From assembly GCA_964016885.1 (NCBI GenBank), contig OZ024755.1, positions 28,272,001 to 28,336,000 of the forward strand: 64,000 nt of DNA. Direction: 5' to 3'. Source of the DNA: Eledone cirrhosa. Lineage: Eukaryota. Shown piece after piece: positions 42,625 to 57,630 of this stretch (position 1 is its first letter; each line of letters starts with the position of its first letter). The notes beneath the pieces are model-generated. The model ran no database searches. It was not told where the DNA came from and saw only the letters and a program-made list of their open reading frames with translations. Made by a program: the position numbers and the translations under genes.

Positions 42625-42805
42625 AAGAAAAGTGTCAGGACTCGGACGGTCGTTTCGACAGCAAGATCGGATCTAGCTGTCGAAATGGCCGGAGCTCAGC
42701 CGTCGGGATCCTGTCTCTTTTCCTATTACCCACTCTACTACCCTAAGTATCGAGTACTCTGGCGTGTTATGGTCCACGTGGTATCTTACCACACCTTCTT
42801 TGTTA
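42625..42805. mobile_element. PLE 3' end (family of 6872-7073) with short fold-back
   Basis: GCTGTCGAAATGGCCGGAGCTCAGCCGTCGGGA..CCTATTACCCACTCTACTACCCTAAG. Confidence 0.7.
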
Positions 42806-43015
42806 TATATATATATATATATATATATAAAGGATAAAAAGGACGATTGATTATTCCTTCATTGCATTTATTGATAGGTGACGCGCGTTTCGCCACTGAT
42901 CAGCTCAAGGTTCGATCTATATCGATCCTACCCGACTCAATAATCCGCAGCTCGACGGACCTTCTTAAAATGCTATAAGAAAATGAAATATATGCTATGT
43001 TATATATATGCTATG

Positions 43016-43077
<62 letters not shown>

Positions 43078-43274
43078 GATAAATCTACCAAGAGTTTACG
43101 GTAGTGTCCAATCCGTATGAAGAACTCAATGTAATCCGGATATCATGGAAAGAAGAGATGCAATGAAAAATCACTTTCGGTGAAAGATAAACGGAATACA
43201 GAGTCAAGATAAAATATTAAAAAAATAATGAATAAAACAATGAAACAGTTCCTTATATTAAACAAAAAAAGTTC

Positions 43275-43550
<276 letters not shown>

Positions 43551-43619
43551 AAAACAAATGAATTGTGGTAAGGAACCATATGGACCATAACGTACCAAAG
43601 TACTCAATACTTAGGGTAG

Positions 43620-43650
<31 letters not shown>

Positions 43651-43667
43651 CTGGGTGTGTGTGTGTG

Positions 43668-43718
<51 letters not shown>

Positions 43719-44407
43719 TTATAATGTCTGTGTGTATATGTGTATATATATGTGTGTGTGAGTGTTTATCTATCCAGACAATTACATTCCTCGTCTTGCA
43801 TGCCATTCCCATTTCACGATTGATTAATTTGTCTGTTTCCATTGCTAGAGTGATAGAGCAATATACGCTAATATTTTATATGTATAGTTTTATTACTCTC
43901 TTAATTGACCTTTCGTCTAGGGGATATGGGTTTGCGCTTGATCGCTTTTAGTTCGAGAAACGTTAAAATTTCCTTTGATCTATATCGAATGTATCAGAGC
44001 GCAGGACAACTATTTAGTCGATGAATGAAGTTCTAGGTGTGAGATTATATAAGCTATGTGATGACATTTTACAATAGACCACCTATAGACTATTTCTTAC
44101 TTCGGACTAAATGTTTCAAAAAATCTCTCCTACACACACACACACACACGCATATCTATATACATATACGAATGGCAAAATATAAATAAATATGTACACA
44201 CACGCACACACGCACTTACATACACACATATAGACACGCTTACATACATACACACACACACAGACGAATACGTGCACAAACACAGACGGATACATGTACA
44301 AACACAGCTACATTCACACCACTAAATATACAAATACATACATCGTTAATATAGCATACCACACCATATACGGTGTTTCTTTCTTTAATGAAGTTGTTTC
44401 TGGTTAA

Positions 44408-44780
44408 TTCGCTTAATATTAATTGTTTCTACTGTGGCACAAGGCTAGCAATCTCCCCAGTGCATTACTGGTACTTTATTTTATCGCTTAATATTAATTG
44501 TTTCTACTGTGGCACAAGGGCAGTAATTCCCCCAGTGCATTACTGGTACTCTATTTTATCGCTTAATATTAATTGTTTCTACTTTTGGCAAAATGCCAGT
44601 AATTCCCTCAGTGCATTACTGGTACTTTATTTTATCGACCCCATAAGGATGAAAGGCAAAGCTAACCTCAGCCGGATTTGAACTGAGATCATAAAGGGCC
44701 GTAACTCTTTGCTGCAAAGCATGGCGTCAGACTCTCTAGCGATACTGCCAATCCACTGCCTTTATCGCTTAATATTAATG
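44408..44780 (-). mobile_element. SINE family 1 with tandemly triplicated 3' tail
   Basis: TCGCTTAATATTAATTGTTTCTACT..CAGTGCATTACTGGTAC repeated three times. Confidence 0.8.
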
Positions 44781-45495
44781 GAAAGCAATGTTGACTCTAT
44801 GCTGCTGAGATTTGAACCTAAATATTATGGAACTTCAATATTCAATTTGTTATTAAACGCGAGCCACTCGACATTATTCTAGTTACGGAATAGCAACACA
44901 GCAAGAGAGAAAAGCCGTTAAAGTTTGAAACAATGATTTTTTTCAAGTCTTATTTGGCATGATTTATTACTTAAGAGATTACTTTCACACTATGTTTGGT
45001 TAAAAGCTTAAGACAATTGGAAATCGGGACAAACTAAGTCAACCATATCGCTGGAACAATCTAGAAAGCGAAACTGCCAAATATGATGATATTACCATTG
45101 ATATGTCATAGATATCCATTTGCGATAAGTTAACTCTGCCGCAAGATAAACCTAAGAAATAGTCTGGACATTACATAAAGATGATATAGTATATTGAAGA
45201 GATAGAAATATAATCTAAACATAAATAGAAGGGAAAATTATGTAAATAGTCGGAATACACTACACAGTCTATTGGCAGTAATTTTAGAAGGTCGGGCAAT
45301 ATATTTTGGTGTATTTAAGAACCTATATATTCTGACTTCTAAGCTCACAGTTTGTTACTTTGTTTATCGTCCTTCCGGGGTCGATAAAATAACCTAGCCT
45401 CTACACACTCAGCTGATATATTATGTACTCCATATGCAAAATGGTTTGCAATCACACATAGAGAGAAATAGAAGAAGGTGAAATAGTAGCTTCCC

Positions 45496-45597
<102 letters not shown>

Positions 45598-45846
45598 TAT
45601 AACAGATTAAAGTTTAAGCAAAGAATCGCTGCTTTCACCCTTAACAGGATCTTCTGAAACTAACAAAGTCAATCTGTAAACACGCAGAAGTGGATATTTA
45701 AAAAAACGTTGCAACCGGAGGAAGACAGGAAGACGATAGTTTGGTTCGGGGAAACGTTCCCTGGCAAAGAACGGTTCTTATATATTTGATAAATATTTAT
45801 CCTTATCGAGCCCTCTTTGGATTTTAGTCTTCAAATTTATTATTAT

Positions 45847-45890
<44 letters not shown>

Positions 45891-45927
45891 ATAATAATAA
45901 ATTCTTTGCTTAAACTTTAATCTGTTA

Positions 45928-45980
<53 letters not shown>

Positions 45981-46024
45981 CAATAATATTAATAAATGGA
46001 AACTATATTTATAAACCCATATTT

Positions 46025-46084
46025 ATTCTATTATATATATTTCCAGGGGTACCAGAACTTTGGTACGCTCTCATCAGATAAAAC
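46025..46084 (-). ncRNA. Hammerhead family H
   Basis: Minus strand: GTTTTAT CTGATGA GAGC GTACCA..TGGTAC CCCTG GAAAT ATAT ATA^ ATAGAAT. Confidence 0.6.
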
Positions 46085-46222
46085 ACAATGTTTGTTTTAT
46101 AAATATTGACATATGCAGGAAGGAGATTTTAACGGTTCAAGTTTTTTCTGCATAGTAAAAGGAAAGAATGGAAAGAGAGGAAAAGTCAAATATTTCAAAT
46201 TATTAAGATGATATCCCTTTTG

Positions 46223-46418
<196 letters not shown>

Positions 46419-46444
46419 TATATATATATATTCCTTTTGCTTAT

Positions 46445-47075
46445 ATAACTTTGAATAACTTTGAAATGTTTTGGCCAGTATTGGCCCAGGCCATGTCTAA
46501 CTTAATAGCACCACCTGGCGAAGTCTTTCAATTCAGGATTTGGGCACCATGGCCCATTCGAGAAGAGAATTACTGTTTGCGGAGACATATCCGGGTGTGG
46601 GTGGTTTGTCCGGGATTACTTGGAGGAATTTGTCCAAAGACTTCTTGAATTTTGTGTGGTCAGTTTCTGTTTTGACGTGTCCTGGTGTGATGTTGAAGAG
46701 AGCAGGGCCGATTGAGGTGAAATAATTGTGCCGTATTGTTGTTATGAGTTGCGATTTAGATTTTTGAATGGGACGGATAGCACGGGGCCCAAGCCTTGGG
46801 TGTATCTTGAAGGCGATGCCAACATCATTTGGGCAGTGATGATGGAACATTTTCCACATCATGCAGATAATATAACGCTCACGGCGACGTTGGAGTGAGT
46901 AAAGTTTCAGGTTTTCTAATCGACCCCAGTAGTCAAGGTCTGACATGCCATCTATCTTTTTCGTGATTGCCCTTTGAGGAGCTTCAAGTTTCATGATACT
47001 TTGTTTCGTGTGGGGAGACCACAGTGGACAACAGTATTCAAGGTGTGGTCGGGCGAAAGTAGAGAAGAGAAGGAT
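46445..47075 (-). mobile_element. CR1/L2-group LINE 3' fragment
   Basis: [52 protein letters not shown]; the 3' UTR recurs at ~3775-3830. Confidence 0.85.
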
Positions 47076-47427
47076 AATATATATATATATAAATATTTGT
47101 TTTCTAATAAATATTTGTTTTCTAATCTCCTGCCGCCACTCATCGGCGTGCTTAAGGACTCTGCCCCCATGAACAAAAACATTTTCCAGTGTCAACCTCC
47201 ATGTGCTAAATTTGAGAGGGAAATTGTAATTTGATATCTTCCTCCATACTCCTAGTACACTCACAGTATTGACAAGATCTTCACTGGATTATTATCAGCT
47301 ATCGAGTGCGACCTACTTTTTCTATATATCTTTTCTGCTAACTGTCAGTCTCTCTCTCTCTCTCCTTTATATATATATATTATTAATATTACATAGTTGT
47401 GGTTGTGGATTGATAATATTAGATAGA

Positions 47428-47620
47428 AGGTTGTGGATTGGCAGTATCGGTAGAGCGTCGGACGCCATGCTTTGACGCATAGAGTTACGGCCCTTGCCAT
47501 TCTGAGTTCAAATCCCGCCGAGGTTAACTTTGCCTTTCATCCTTACGGCGTCGATAAAATAAAGTACCAGTAATGTACTGAGTTATTGCTGACCTTGCGC
47601 CAAAAAGTAGAAACAATTAT
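47428..47620 (+). mobile_element. SINE family 1
   Basis: Matches the consensus. Confidence 0.85.
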
Positions 47621-47719
47621 ATGTGTCTTTGTATATAATCTCAATTGGAGGTTAAAATAACACATTACTTCATTTGTACTATGTTGTTGGCTTCGTTGTT
47701 TCCGTTTCCTTTTGCAAGC

Positions 47720-47814
<95 letters not shown>

Positions 47815-47941
47815 CATATATTATTTTTGAGTGTGGTCTACCTCTGGTTGTAGTGCCCGTACCGTAGATAGAACTCAATGTAACTTGACTTTGTTGTTTT
47901 TATTTTCGTTGTTAATTTAATACCTAATATATATACATATA

Positions 47942-48081
<140 letters not shown>

Positions 48082-48083
48082 AA

Positions 48084-48290
48084 GGCGTGTGGCTGAGTGG
48101 TTAGATAATTGGATTCGCAATCGTGAGGTTGTGAGTTCGATTCCTGGTCCGGGCGATGCGTTATGTCCTTGGGCAAGACACTTTATTTCACGTTGCTCCT
48201 TCTACTTGGAGTTGCGACCGGTAGATAGTATTAGCAATTGGAAAGACCAATGGAAACATTGTTTCCTCGGACCGATTTGACAAAAGTCGA
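48084..48290 (+). mobile_element. SINE family 2
   Basis: Matches 18756-18965. Confidence 0.85.
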
Positions 48291-48309
48291 ACATTTAAAA
48301 AAAAAAAAA

Positions 48310-48355
<46 letters not shown>

Positions 48356-48778
48356 GTGTGTATTTCCCTCTATATTCAAGTCCTTTTTACTGACTCTCAC
48401 TTTTCTTTTTCACAAATCCTATCCAACAGAATTGAAATATTGGGGAATATAGTCCTTGATATATTGTATATGAAAAGAAAGCATGGATGGGGAGGGCGAG
48501 AGAGATGGAGGCGATGACAGTGGGAGTTCGGCTCTTCCACGTTCGGACCATATCCTTGTGCTTGTGTTTATCATGTATAGAGTTGATGTATTGAGTACCT
48601 TACTAACCATGGCATAATAACAGTGTAGTGTCTCGTACTAATATTACTTATATCTATCTAGCTTCTGATTGACTGCTGGATGTAGTGTCTCGTACTTATA
48701 TATATATATATAAATAAGAGTTTTGTAGTTCGCTTGAAGTATTGTTGAATAGGAAACAAATTAAAATAATTTTGAAAA

Positions 48779-48965
48779 GGTGGATTGGCAGTATCGGTGG
48801 AGGGTCGGACGCCATGCTTTCCAGTATAGTTACGTCCCTTTACGATCTGAGTTCAAATCCCGCCGAGGTTGACTTTGCCTTTCATCCTTACGGGGTCGAT
48901 AAAATAAAGTACCAGTAATGCACTGGGTAATTTGCTGGCCTTGTGCCAAAAGTAGAAACAATTAC
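48779..48965 (+). mobile_element. SINE family 1
   Basis: Matches the consensus. Confidence 0.85.
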
Positions 48966-49745
48966 TTATATCTATCTAGCTTCTGACTGACTGCTGGATC
49001 TGTGCTGAATTGGAATCATACAACAACAAAAACAACAACAAAATCAACAACAAAAAACAACAATGTGTTTAACACATTTGATAAAAGACGTGTCAGAGTT
49101 AGTCTGGATTTGGAAACAAAACACACACAGAAAACAACAGTAATACCACAGTGGAGCTCTAACACGTTTACTTCAACCTGTGTGTGTTGACAACAGGTGC
49201 ATTCGAAATCATTGGTTTAGTCTTGACATTATTCTTACTCCTACTCACATAAAGATGAAGCAAGGTTAATATCCTATAAGTCACGCCAGTCTCACGAATA
49301 TCTAAAAGCAATTATGATCACAGACAATGGTTTTACATAATTTACATTATTCAACGACAATGATGACTGTACAGTGAGTGACAAACAAACGTTGAGGTAT
49401 CTATGTGCGTATCAGCGTAGGTGACATTGTGTACACAATGTGTACACGGCTTTCTCATTATCATAACTAATATCTCACCTTGGTTACGGCCAACCAATGT
49501 CCTTGCATGACCCGTTAATCCTCCTCATCAGCCCCCCCCCACACGCACGCACACACACACACACGCGCACACACAAGCACACACACTCACTCACTCACAC
49601 ATATATACATTGGGTTCAGATTTTGTGGCACTTGTATCTCACCATTTAAGTGTTCCCCGTTGATAAACATAAATAACTCTCTATATATATGTGTACGTGT
49701 GTGTGTGTATATGTGCATGTGTGTATGTGTGTGTGTGTGTGTGTA

Positions 49746-49782
<37 letters not shown>

Positions 49783-49798
49783 GTGTCTGTGTGTACTA

Positions 49799-49844
<46 letters not shown>

Positions 49845-49941
49845 GAGAGAATTGGGAGTGTGTAACACTCCACTTATCAAATAGACAGTATATGGTTAGC
49901 TCAATGTCAGAGGACAGAGCCGTAATACAATTTGTATTTAC

Positions 49942-50001
49942 TCTTTATGCTCTGAAGAGTCCCACTTCTAGTGTGGATGAAACACTGTTAGCAATTAAAG
50001 A
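49942..50001 (+). ncRNA. Type I hammerhead ribozyme, family I, in a short (TA)n-flanked element (49841-50037)
   Basis: TCTTTA-TGCT CTGAAGA GTCC..GGAT GAAAC ACT GTT^ AGCA-AT-TAAAGA. Confidence 0.75.
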
Positions 50002-50295
50002 TATACCTATGTTCTAAGCGCTCTTTGTTGTTAATTGTATATATATATATATATATGTAGGAGGTGAGTTTTATTGTAGTACAATAAAGCAATGCAGATA
50101 TCGGATAAGAAGCACTCTACAGTTTGTAGGACTGGAGTATACATAATATATAAGAACAAAAGATGGTTAAAAGAGTCCCCCCCCCCTAAAAAATGTTTTC
50201 CCAATATCACACATCAATCTAAAACTACTTTTCATATGTTGATTTAAAACTGCACTATCCACAAGTGTTTTTTAACCTTCATATCATGTTTTCCT

Positions 50296-50364
50296 ATTTT
50301 ATCTGATGAAAACACAAATATTATTGCATGATGATATTTGTTTTTGAAATGCGCATAATAAAAT
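50296..50364 (+). ncRNA. Hammerhead family C
   Basis: ATTTTAT CTGATGA..GAAAT GCGC ATA ATAAAAT. Confidence 0.8.
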
Positions 50365-50898
50365 ACATGGAACTCTTTTAACCATCTTTTGTTCTTATAT
50401 ATATATATATATCTATATATATATATATATATAAATTCAGCGAGAATCGCATTTCGGCGGTAGAAAAAGCGAAACGTAATGTAAATCCAGAGTCATGCTG
50501 GCAAGCGCTCCATAGTTTAAAAACCCAGAGTTATAAACATATGTTATAAACGCCATACAAACTGAGAAGGCAGTCAAGAAGGCATTAACCACCTTAGCCA
50601 AAAAAACAAATCAAGCTAAACAGGTCAGACAAAATAAATGATAAAATCATACATATATATATATATATATATAACATATATATAACATATATATATATGT
50701 ATATATATATATAATAATAATAATAATAATATTGAGAAAAAGGACGATTTTTTGTGGCCATTACGTTTATTGAGTATTGACGCACGTTTCCCTATTGATC
50801 AGCTCGAGGCTCGATCTGTATCGATCTAGCCCGACTCTGGTGTCAAAACCTCGTCGGACTTCTGTTGTGGTAATTACGGAATCTAGACATTACATTCC

Positions 50899-50966
<68 letters not shown>

Positions 50967-50970
50967 GTGC

Positions 50971-51007
<37 letters not shown>

Positions 51008-52222
51008 AGTGTCTGTGTGTGTATTTTATATAGAAAAGGCTTGAGAAAGAGAGATTCATACATATAAGCATGCAAACAGTGCGCACGGGAAAATTTTTAG
51101 TAGTTGTCTTAATTTTCATCAAACTACTAACAATAGATGGACAGCGGAAAGCCATTAGAACTTCTGACGTGCGTCTGGATGAGGAAGAGACTTTTGACAG
51201 GAACATAAATAATATTTCAACGTTATCAGAAAAAAAAGCATCAATTTGTTTTCTTTTTTTTCTCTTTTTTTTTCTCATTTTTTTTCTCTTTTTTTTCTCA
51301 TTTTTTTCTCTTTTTTTCCCTTCTTTTTTCGAAATATAAGATTACATTGAAATATTGCGCACCTTCCTTATTTAAAAGATAACATATCTGGGGGACAGGA
51401 ATTAATTACAAAAATATAAAGACATGTAATAAATGTTTTGATGACAATTTAGCTCAAAGTATCTAGTAACAATAGTCTAGTGTTGTTTGTCTCATAAATG
51501 ACGCGTGACAACAAACCAGCCAGACAAACACATGGACAGACCAATCAAATGTATTAAGATAATCAAATATTCAATAAACTGACATATATAACATCGTTTC
51601 ATACGTTTTATACGTTTAAATGTGTGTAACATTATTTCAGAAGCTTTGCTTCGTTCAGAATAATGTAAACAGGACTCTCTCTCTCTCTCTCTCTCTCTTT
51701 CCCTCTTTCTCTATCTCTTTCTTTCCCTCCTTTCCCTCTCTCTTTCCATCTCTCTCTTCCCTCTTTCTCTATCTCTCTCTTTCTCTCTTTCTCTTTCCCT
51801 CTCCCGCCTCTCTACCCCCCTCTCTCTCTATATATATATATATATCCGACTTTCTGTCTCTCTCTGTCATTTTTATTCTGTTTCCCTCTCACTCACTATT
51901 ACTCTCATATATACATATATATGTGTGTGTGTGTATGTGTATGTGCGCGCATGCTTGTGTGTGTGTGTGTGTGTGTGTGAGTGTGTGTGTGTGTGTGCGC
52001 GCGCATGCTTGTGTGTGTGTGCGTATTTGTGCGGGAGAATGTAAAATCCGTACATGGATTATATAGACGTGAAATCATGTCCATTTTAAGGACTTCCCAA
52101 TAAATTAAAAAAATAGTTTATGAATACCCGTATTTACACTTCATTAGGGAATAAGTATGTAAGAAAATCAGAAGAAAATACAGGTCAGACGGTGGTATCA
52201 GTTCTATCAAGATGGCGCACTA

Positions 52223-53608
52223 ATATGCATATTCATGTAGCTTATTGATGTCTGTTGGACGAACCAACATATGCATATTCGTGTAGCTTATTGATGTCTG
52301 TTGGACGAACCAACATATGCATATTCATGTAGCTTATTGGTGTCTGTGGGACGAACCAACATATGCATATTCATGTAGCTTATTGATGTCTGTTGGACGA
52401 ACCAACATATGCATATTCATGTAGCTTATTGATGTCTGTTGGACGAACCAACATATGCATATTCATGTAGCTTATTGATGTCTGTTGGACGAACCAACAT
52501 ATGCATATTCGTGTAGCTTATTGATGTCTGTTGGACGAACCAACATATGCATATTCATGTAGCTTATTGATGTCTGTTGGACGAACCAACATATGCATAT
52601 TCATGTAGCTTATTGATGTCTGTTGGACGAACCAACATATGCATATTCATGTAGCTTATTGATGTCTGTTGGACGAACCAACATATGCATATTCATGTAG
52701 CTTATTGATGTCTGTTGGACGAACCAACATATGCATATTCGTGTAGCTTATTGATGTCTGTTGGACGAACCAACATATGCATATTCATGTAGCTTATTGA
52801 TGTCTGTTGGACGAACCAACATATGCATATTCATGTAGCTTATTGATGTCTGTTGGACGAACCAACATATGCATATTCATGTAGCTTATTGATGTCTGTT
52901 GGACGAACCAACATATGCATATTCATGTAGCTTATTGATGTCTGTTGGACGAACCAACATATGCATATTCATGTAGCTTATTGATGACTGTTGGACGAAC
53001 CAACATATGCATATTCATGTAGCCTATTTATGTCTGTTGGACGAACCAACATATGCATATTCATGTAGCTTATTGATGACTGTTGGACGAACCAACATAT
53101 GCATATTCATGTAGCTTATTGATGTCTGTTGGACGAACCAACATATGCATATTCGTGTAGCTTATTGATGTCTGTTGGACGAACCAACATACGCATATTC
53201 ATGTAGCTTATTGATGTCTGTTGGACGAACCAACATATGCATATTCATGTAGCTTATTGATGTCTGTTGGACGAACCAACATATGCATATTCATGTAGCT
53301 TATTGATGTCTGTTGGACGAACCAACATATGCATATTCGTGTAGCTTATTGATGTCTGTTGGACGAACCAACATATGCATATTCATGTAGCTTATTGATG
53401 TCTGTTGGACGAACCAACATATGCATATTCATGTAGCTTATTGATGTCTATTGGACGAACCAACATATGCATATTCGTGTAGCTTATTGATGTCTGTTGG
53501 ACGAACCAACATATGCATATTCATGTAGCTTATTGATGTCTGTTGGACGAACCAACATATGCATATTCATGTAGCTTATTGATGTCTGTTGGACGAACCA
53601 ACATATGC
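52223..53608 (+). repeat. Minisatellite, 30 x 46 bp, highly homogeneous
   Basis: Unit ATATGCATATTCATGTAGCTTATTGATGTCTGTTGGACGAACCAAC; (53603-52223)/46 = 30. Confidence 0.97.
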
Positions 53609-53614
53609 CTTCAC

Positions 53615-53900
53615 TTTGATCCCTCGACTGGATTGTGTGTTGAATTCTTGAGCAAAACACTTCAATATACCTTGCTCCGGTATAGTCAGCTGAAAGGAGT
53701 ACCAGCTGAAGCAGCTTGGGGTTTAACCCATCGATGGACTGGCGTCCTCTCTAGGTGGGAACTTGTACAAAAACGGGCTGTTAGTTGGTATAATTGAAGG
53801 GTGTAGACTAGTTCCGAACACAGAGGAGCCGAACTCTCATTGTCATGGCTTCCGTCTCTCTTGCTCCCATAACCAAATTTCTCACTGTTATGAGCAAATG
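53615..53900 (+). mobile_element. Old SINE remnant
   Basis: TTCTTGAGCAAAACACTT..TTGCTCC..CGATGGACTGGCGTCC. Confidence 0.5.
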
Positions 53901-55974
53901 GGGTCCCATGCTCTCTCTGACACCCAACGACCCGGTGGACATGGATCGAAACAAAACCAATTTCAAGGGAAATGAAGATTATGATTTTTTTTTAGTAAGA
54001 AATTAGAAGGCTGTGTTTAATAACATAAATGATTAACCAGCTACCGTTTTAGTAACCCCAAATTATGAACGATTTATGTCTACAAGATAAGACTAAATAC
54101 GACTTTTGATCAAATAATACGATTTAGAAGAGAATCCCTCTGATTCTTAATTACGTATATGAAAAGACTTCATATTCTAGTTTCAGACGTTTTACAAACA
54201 ATAACAGATAAAGTTAATGTTAAAATGAATGATAGTAAGAATATAAAGACACGATGTCATTCTGTAACAAAATCTCGCGCTTTTCTCTTTTAAACATATA
54301 TTTGTCTCGAAGGGTTTTTTCGTTATTATTCTTTTTTTCTTTTGAGAGTTAATTCATATTATAATATGAAATGTCAAAATAACGTTTAAAATGGCAGATT
54401 GCACTAGGTTTTCTTCTGTCTAAATCTGTGAATTGTATAGCTATAACTGTTAATATAATTAAAATGTGGGTACTTATGTCAGTCACGCAATTTAAAGAAA
54501 TTAAAACTAACCAGACTTGTTTCTTTCTTTTACAATATTTGAATATATTCATGATTCAGAAGGGAATATTGAGCCATTACAGAATGGGTTATATGAATTT
54601 CTATGCATCATTCGATGTAAAGTAGGGTTTAAAACTTTGTTCCAGTACAGCTGTTTCTATTTGATGATTCCTTGTTATATTTTTACATTTCATTAAAACG
54701 TGATCATTACAAAAATCTAAAAAAACAACTTATGTAAATGTTACACAAATATTTTAATAACGATTTTAGAGTGATTAAATGATTCATGAAAAGATTTTTT
54801 ACATGATTGTTTGATAATTTTGTGTTTTCTGTGTTCGGAGACACATCGAAAATATTGATTAAATTTAAATGAGCAGTGATTGATACAATACCCCTAGATG
54901 TTTAAGGGTAAACAAGATTTTAGAGCATGAATCATTTGTGTGGAATTTGGAATTAAGCAGAATTAACAAATCATCATCTCTATATAATTATCCATAAACA
55001 AAGCGACATATTCTTTTTAATTACTAACAATTGTTTCTTCCCACAGTGGTTGACCACTATTGGTGTCATCAGAGTTTAACTAAAATACCAATACAAGTCA
55101 CTTAGGAAGAAGGAACAGATAATATATATCACTCATCAAATTATCAAGGTTACAGATATAGTTTAAAAAAAAGAGAGACATATAGTGTTAGTTGTGTTTG
55201 TGATAAAGGTAGAGTTTCCTAGAAATAATTGGAATTTATAGTTTTAGAAATTGGTGTCAATTTGAATATATGAAGTTTTAACAAGGCAATATTCATAGTT
55301 AGCCTAGCCAGTCCAACAGTTTTAACAGGGTTCTGCAGGTTACTGCAGACCTAACGTTATATTATGAATCATGAAATTATATGCAGTGAATATATTTGTA
55401 ATGCTTCAGTTGTTCAGATATGTTCTATCTACTATATTAATTATTGAATAATCGATAATATTTAATTACACGAGAGAAGATTATCTTAGCATGAAAGTAA
55501 ACAGATATTTACGTGTTTCAGAATATTATTTCAGAGGTTAAAGGGGGTAATTTAATGAGTTGAACCTGTGTTAGATTTACAAAGTAGACAATTATCTCAT
55601 TATTATCGTTAAGTACCACCGAGGTTAACTTTGCCTTTCATCCTTACGGGGTCGATAAAATAAAGTACCAGTAATGCACTGGGTTATTGATGGCCTTGTG
55701 CCAAAAGTAGAAACAATTATTATCGTTAAGTACTATTGTTTGAATTAATATATGTTAAGCATTTACCTGGGTATTTTATATAAAGCCAAGATATATGTGT
55801 GTGAAGTATTTAACATAATTAGTACATTGTAATGAAATCTAATTCATTTAAATCATTATATTAATATAAATTGTTTCATTCTGTATCAGTATGTTTTATA
55901 GAATATAAATGTGTGAGTCTTAAAGACACCTTGTAAATGAATAAAATGTACTGTCATTAATATTACTATAATAA

Positions 55975-56616
55975 GGGCGGTGGATTGGCAGTATCGGTAG
56001 AGGGTAGGACGCCAAGCTTTGACGCATGGAGTTACGGCCCTTGTCATTCTGAGTTCAAATCCCGCCGAGGTTAACTTTGCCTTTCATCCTTACGGGGTCG
56101 ATAAAATAAAGTACCAGTAATACACTGGATAATTGCTGGCCTTGTGCCAAAAGTAGAAACTATTATGTATGTAATTATAAGGTTTTAGTATATTTGAAGC
56201 TTGTACAGAAAAACATCACTGTTAAGAATGCAAATATTAGGAGGAATGAATGCCTCATCTGTCTGTGTGGACATAATCTAGAGATTAAAATCAAACATGT
56301 CGCTAACTCCCTTGGTACTGACATGACAACGTTTCTCGGTGACGGCAAACCAAACGTCAAACATATTATTACAAGTCTTAGTATATGGAATCATTAAATA
56401 TTATTTGTTCTCTAATTCTCTAGGGCGGTGAATTGGCAGTATCGGTAGAGGGTCGGACGCCATACTTTGGCGCATAGAGTTACGGCCCTTGCCATTCTGT
56501 GTTCAAATCCCGCCGAGGTTAACTTTGCCTTTCATCCTTACGGGGGTCGATAAAATAAAGTACCAGTAATGTACTGGTTAATTTGCTGGCCTTGTGCCAA
56601 TAGCAGAAACAATTAT
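55975..56616 (+). mobile_element. Two SINE family 1 copies (55975-56165, 56423-56616)
   Basis: Match the consensus; a partial copy also lies at 55618-55722. Confidence 0.85.
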
Positions 56617-57630
56617 TTGTTCTCTAATTGTCAAATATACACACAGGAAGACCTAAGTAGATTTCAAATAGATATTCTGTATCTGCCTGTCTGTCTACTC
56701 GACTGTATCTTTCTCCCTCATTCCTCCTCTCATGCATGCGCACCCATACACACACACAGAGGAACACACGTATAAACCCAGGCACACACACGTACACACA
56801 CACGCTCATACATACATACACACATACATGCATATCCATATATGAGAGAGGGGAGGAGATGGAGAGGGCGAAATAGATAGAGAAGAGAAAGAGAGAAAGT
56901 GAAAGAGAGGAGAGAGTAAAAGAGAGAGAAAGTGGGAGATAAACAAACACAAATAAAGGTAATGATAGAACGAAACAGTGAAATAGAGATAGGAAGAGAG
57001 AAAAGAAAAATAGAAAAAGTAGCAGTTACTGATATATAATGAAATGCCCAGGGGGATATTTAGTTGATTGTAAAAGAAAGATGATAACAGTAAAGTATTT
57101 CTTATCGAAATTAGCCCCCAAAATATAGGCGACTTACCCAATTATGACATCCATAGTTTCAGTCGTCTAAAACATATCTAATGTTTTTTAGTGATCCATC
57201 ATTTCCACAGATGCATGTTCCAATTTTTAAAACAACTGAACAGCCAGCTTATTTAATTAACAAGTCAGTGACTAATCAACGTCCAAATATTAAAGTCAAA
57301 TCGCTTTATTTTCTCAAGTCATAAAATGATCGAAGTTTTCGTATCAGCATGAAACACGAAAAACAAAAACCTCAAACGTAAACGCATTCGTCTTTATTTG
57401 ATCCGCTAGAAAATGTAGCCAACTTCCCTTAAATCAGATTCTAACGTCTAAAATAGCAGAGATACTTTGTATATTGTTATACTACATGCGATATATCTGT
57501 AGCAAAGACGGGGTTCTCACGCTGGCAAATTCTTTCATCGTCCGTTTCAGATATAAAACCTGACCTGGTGCTATAACCACAACAATAATGACGACATTCT
57601 TAATCTTTCGATGTTTTGTTGAGGAATATC

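Noticed and set aside
52223-53608. CRISPR-like array
   Set aside because: Units are contiguous and near-identical with no unique spacers, there are no cas genes, and the context is eukaryotic.
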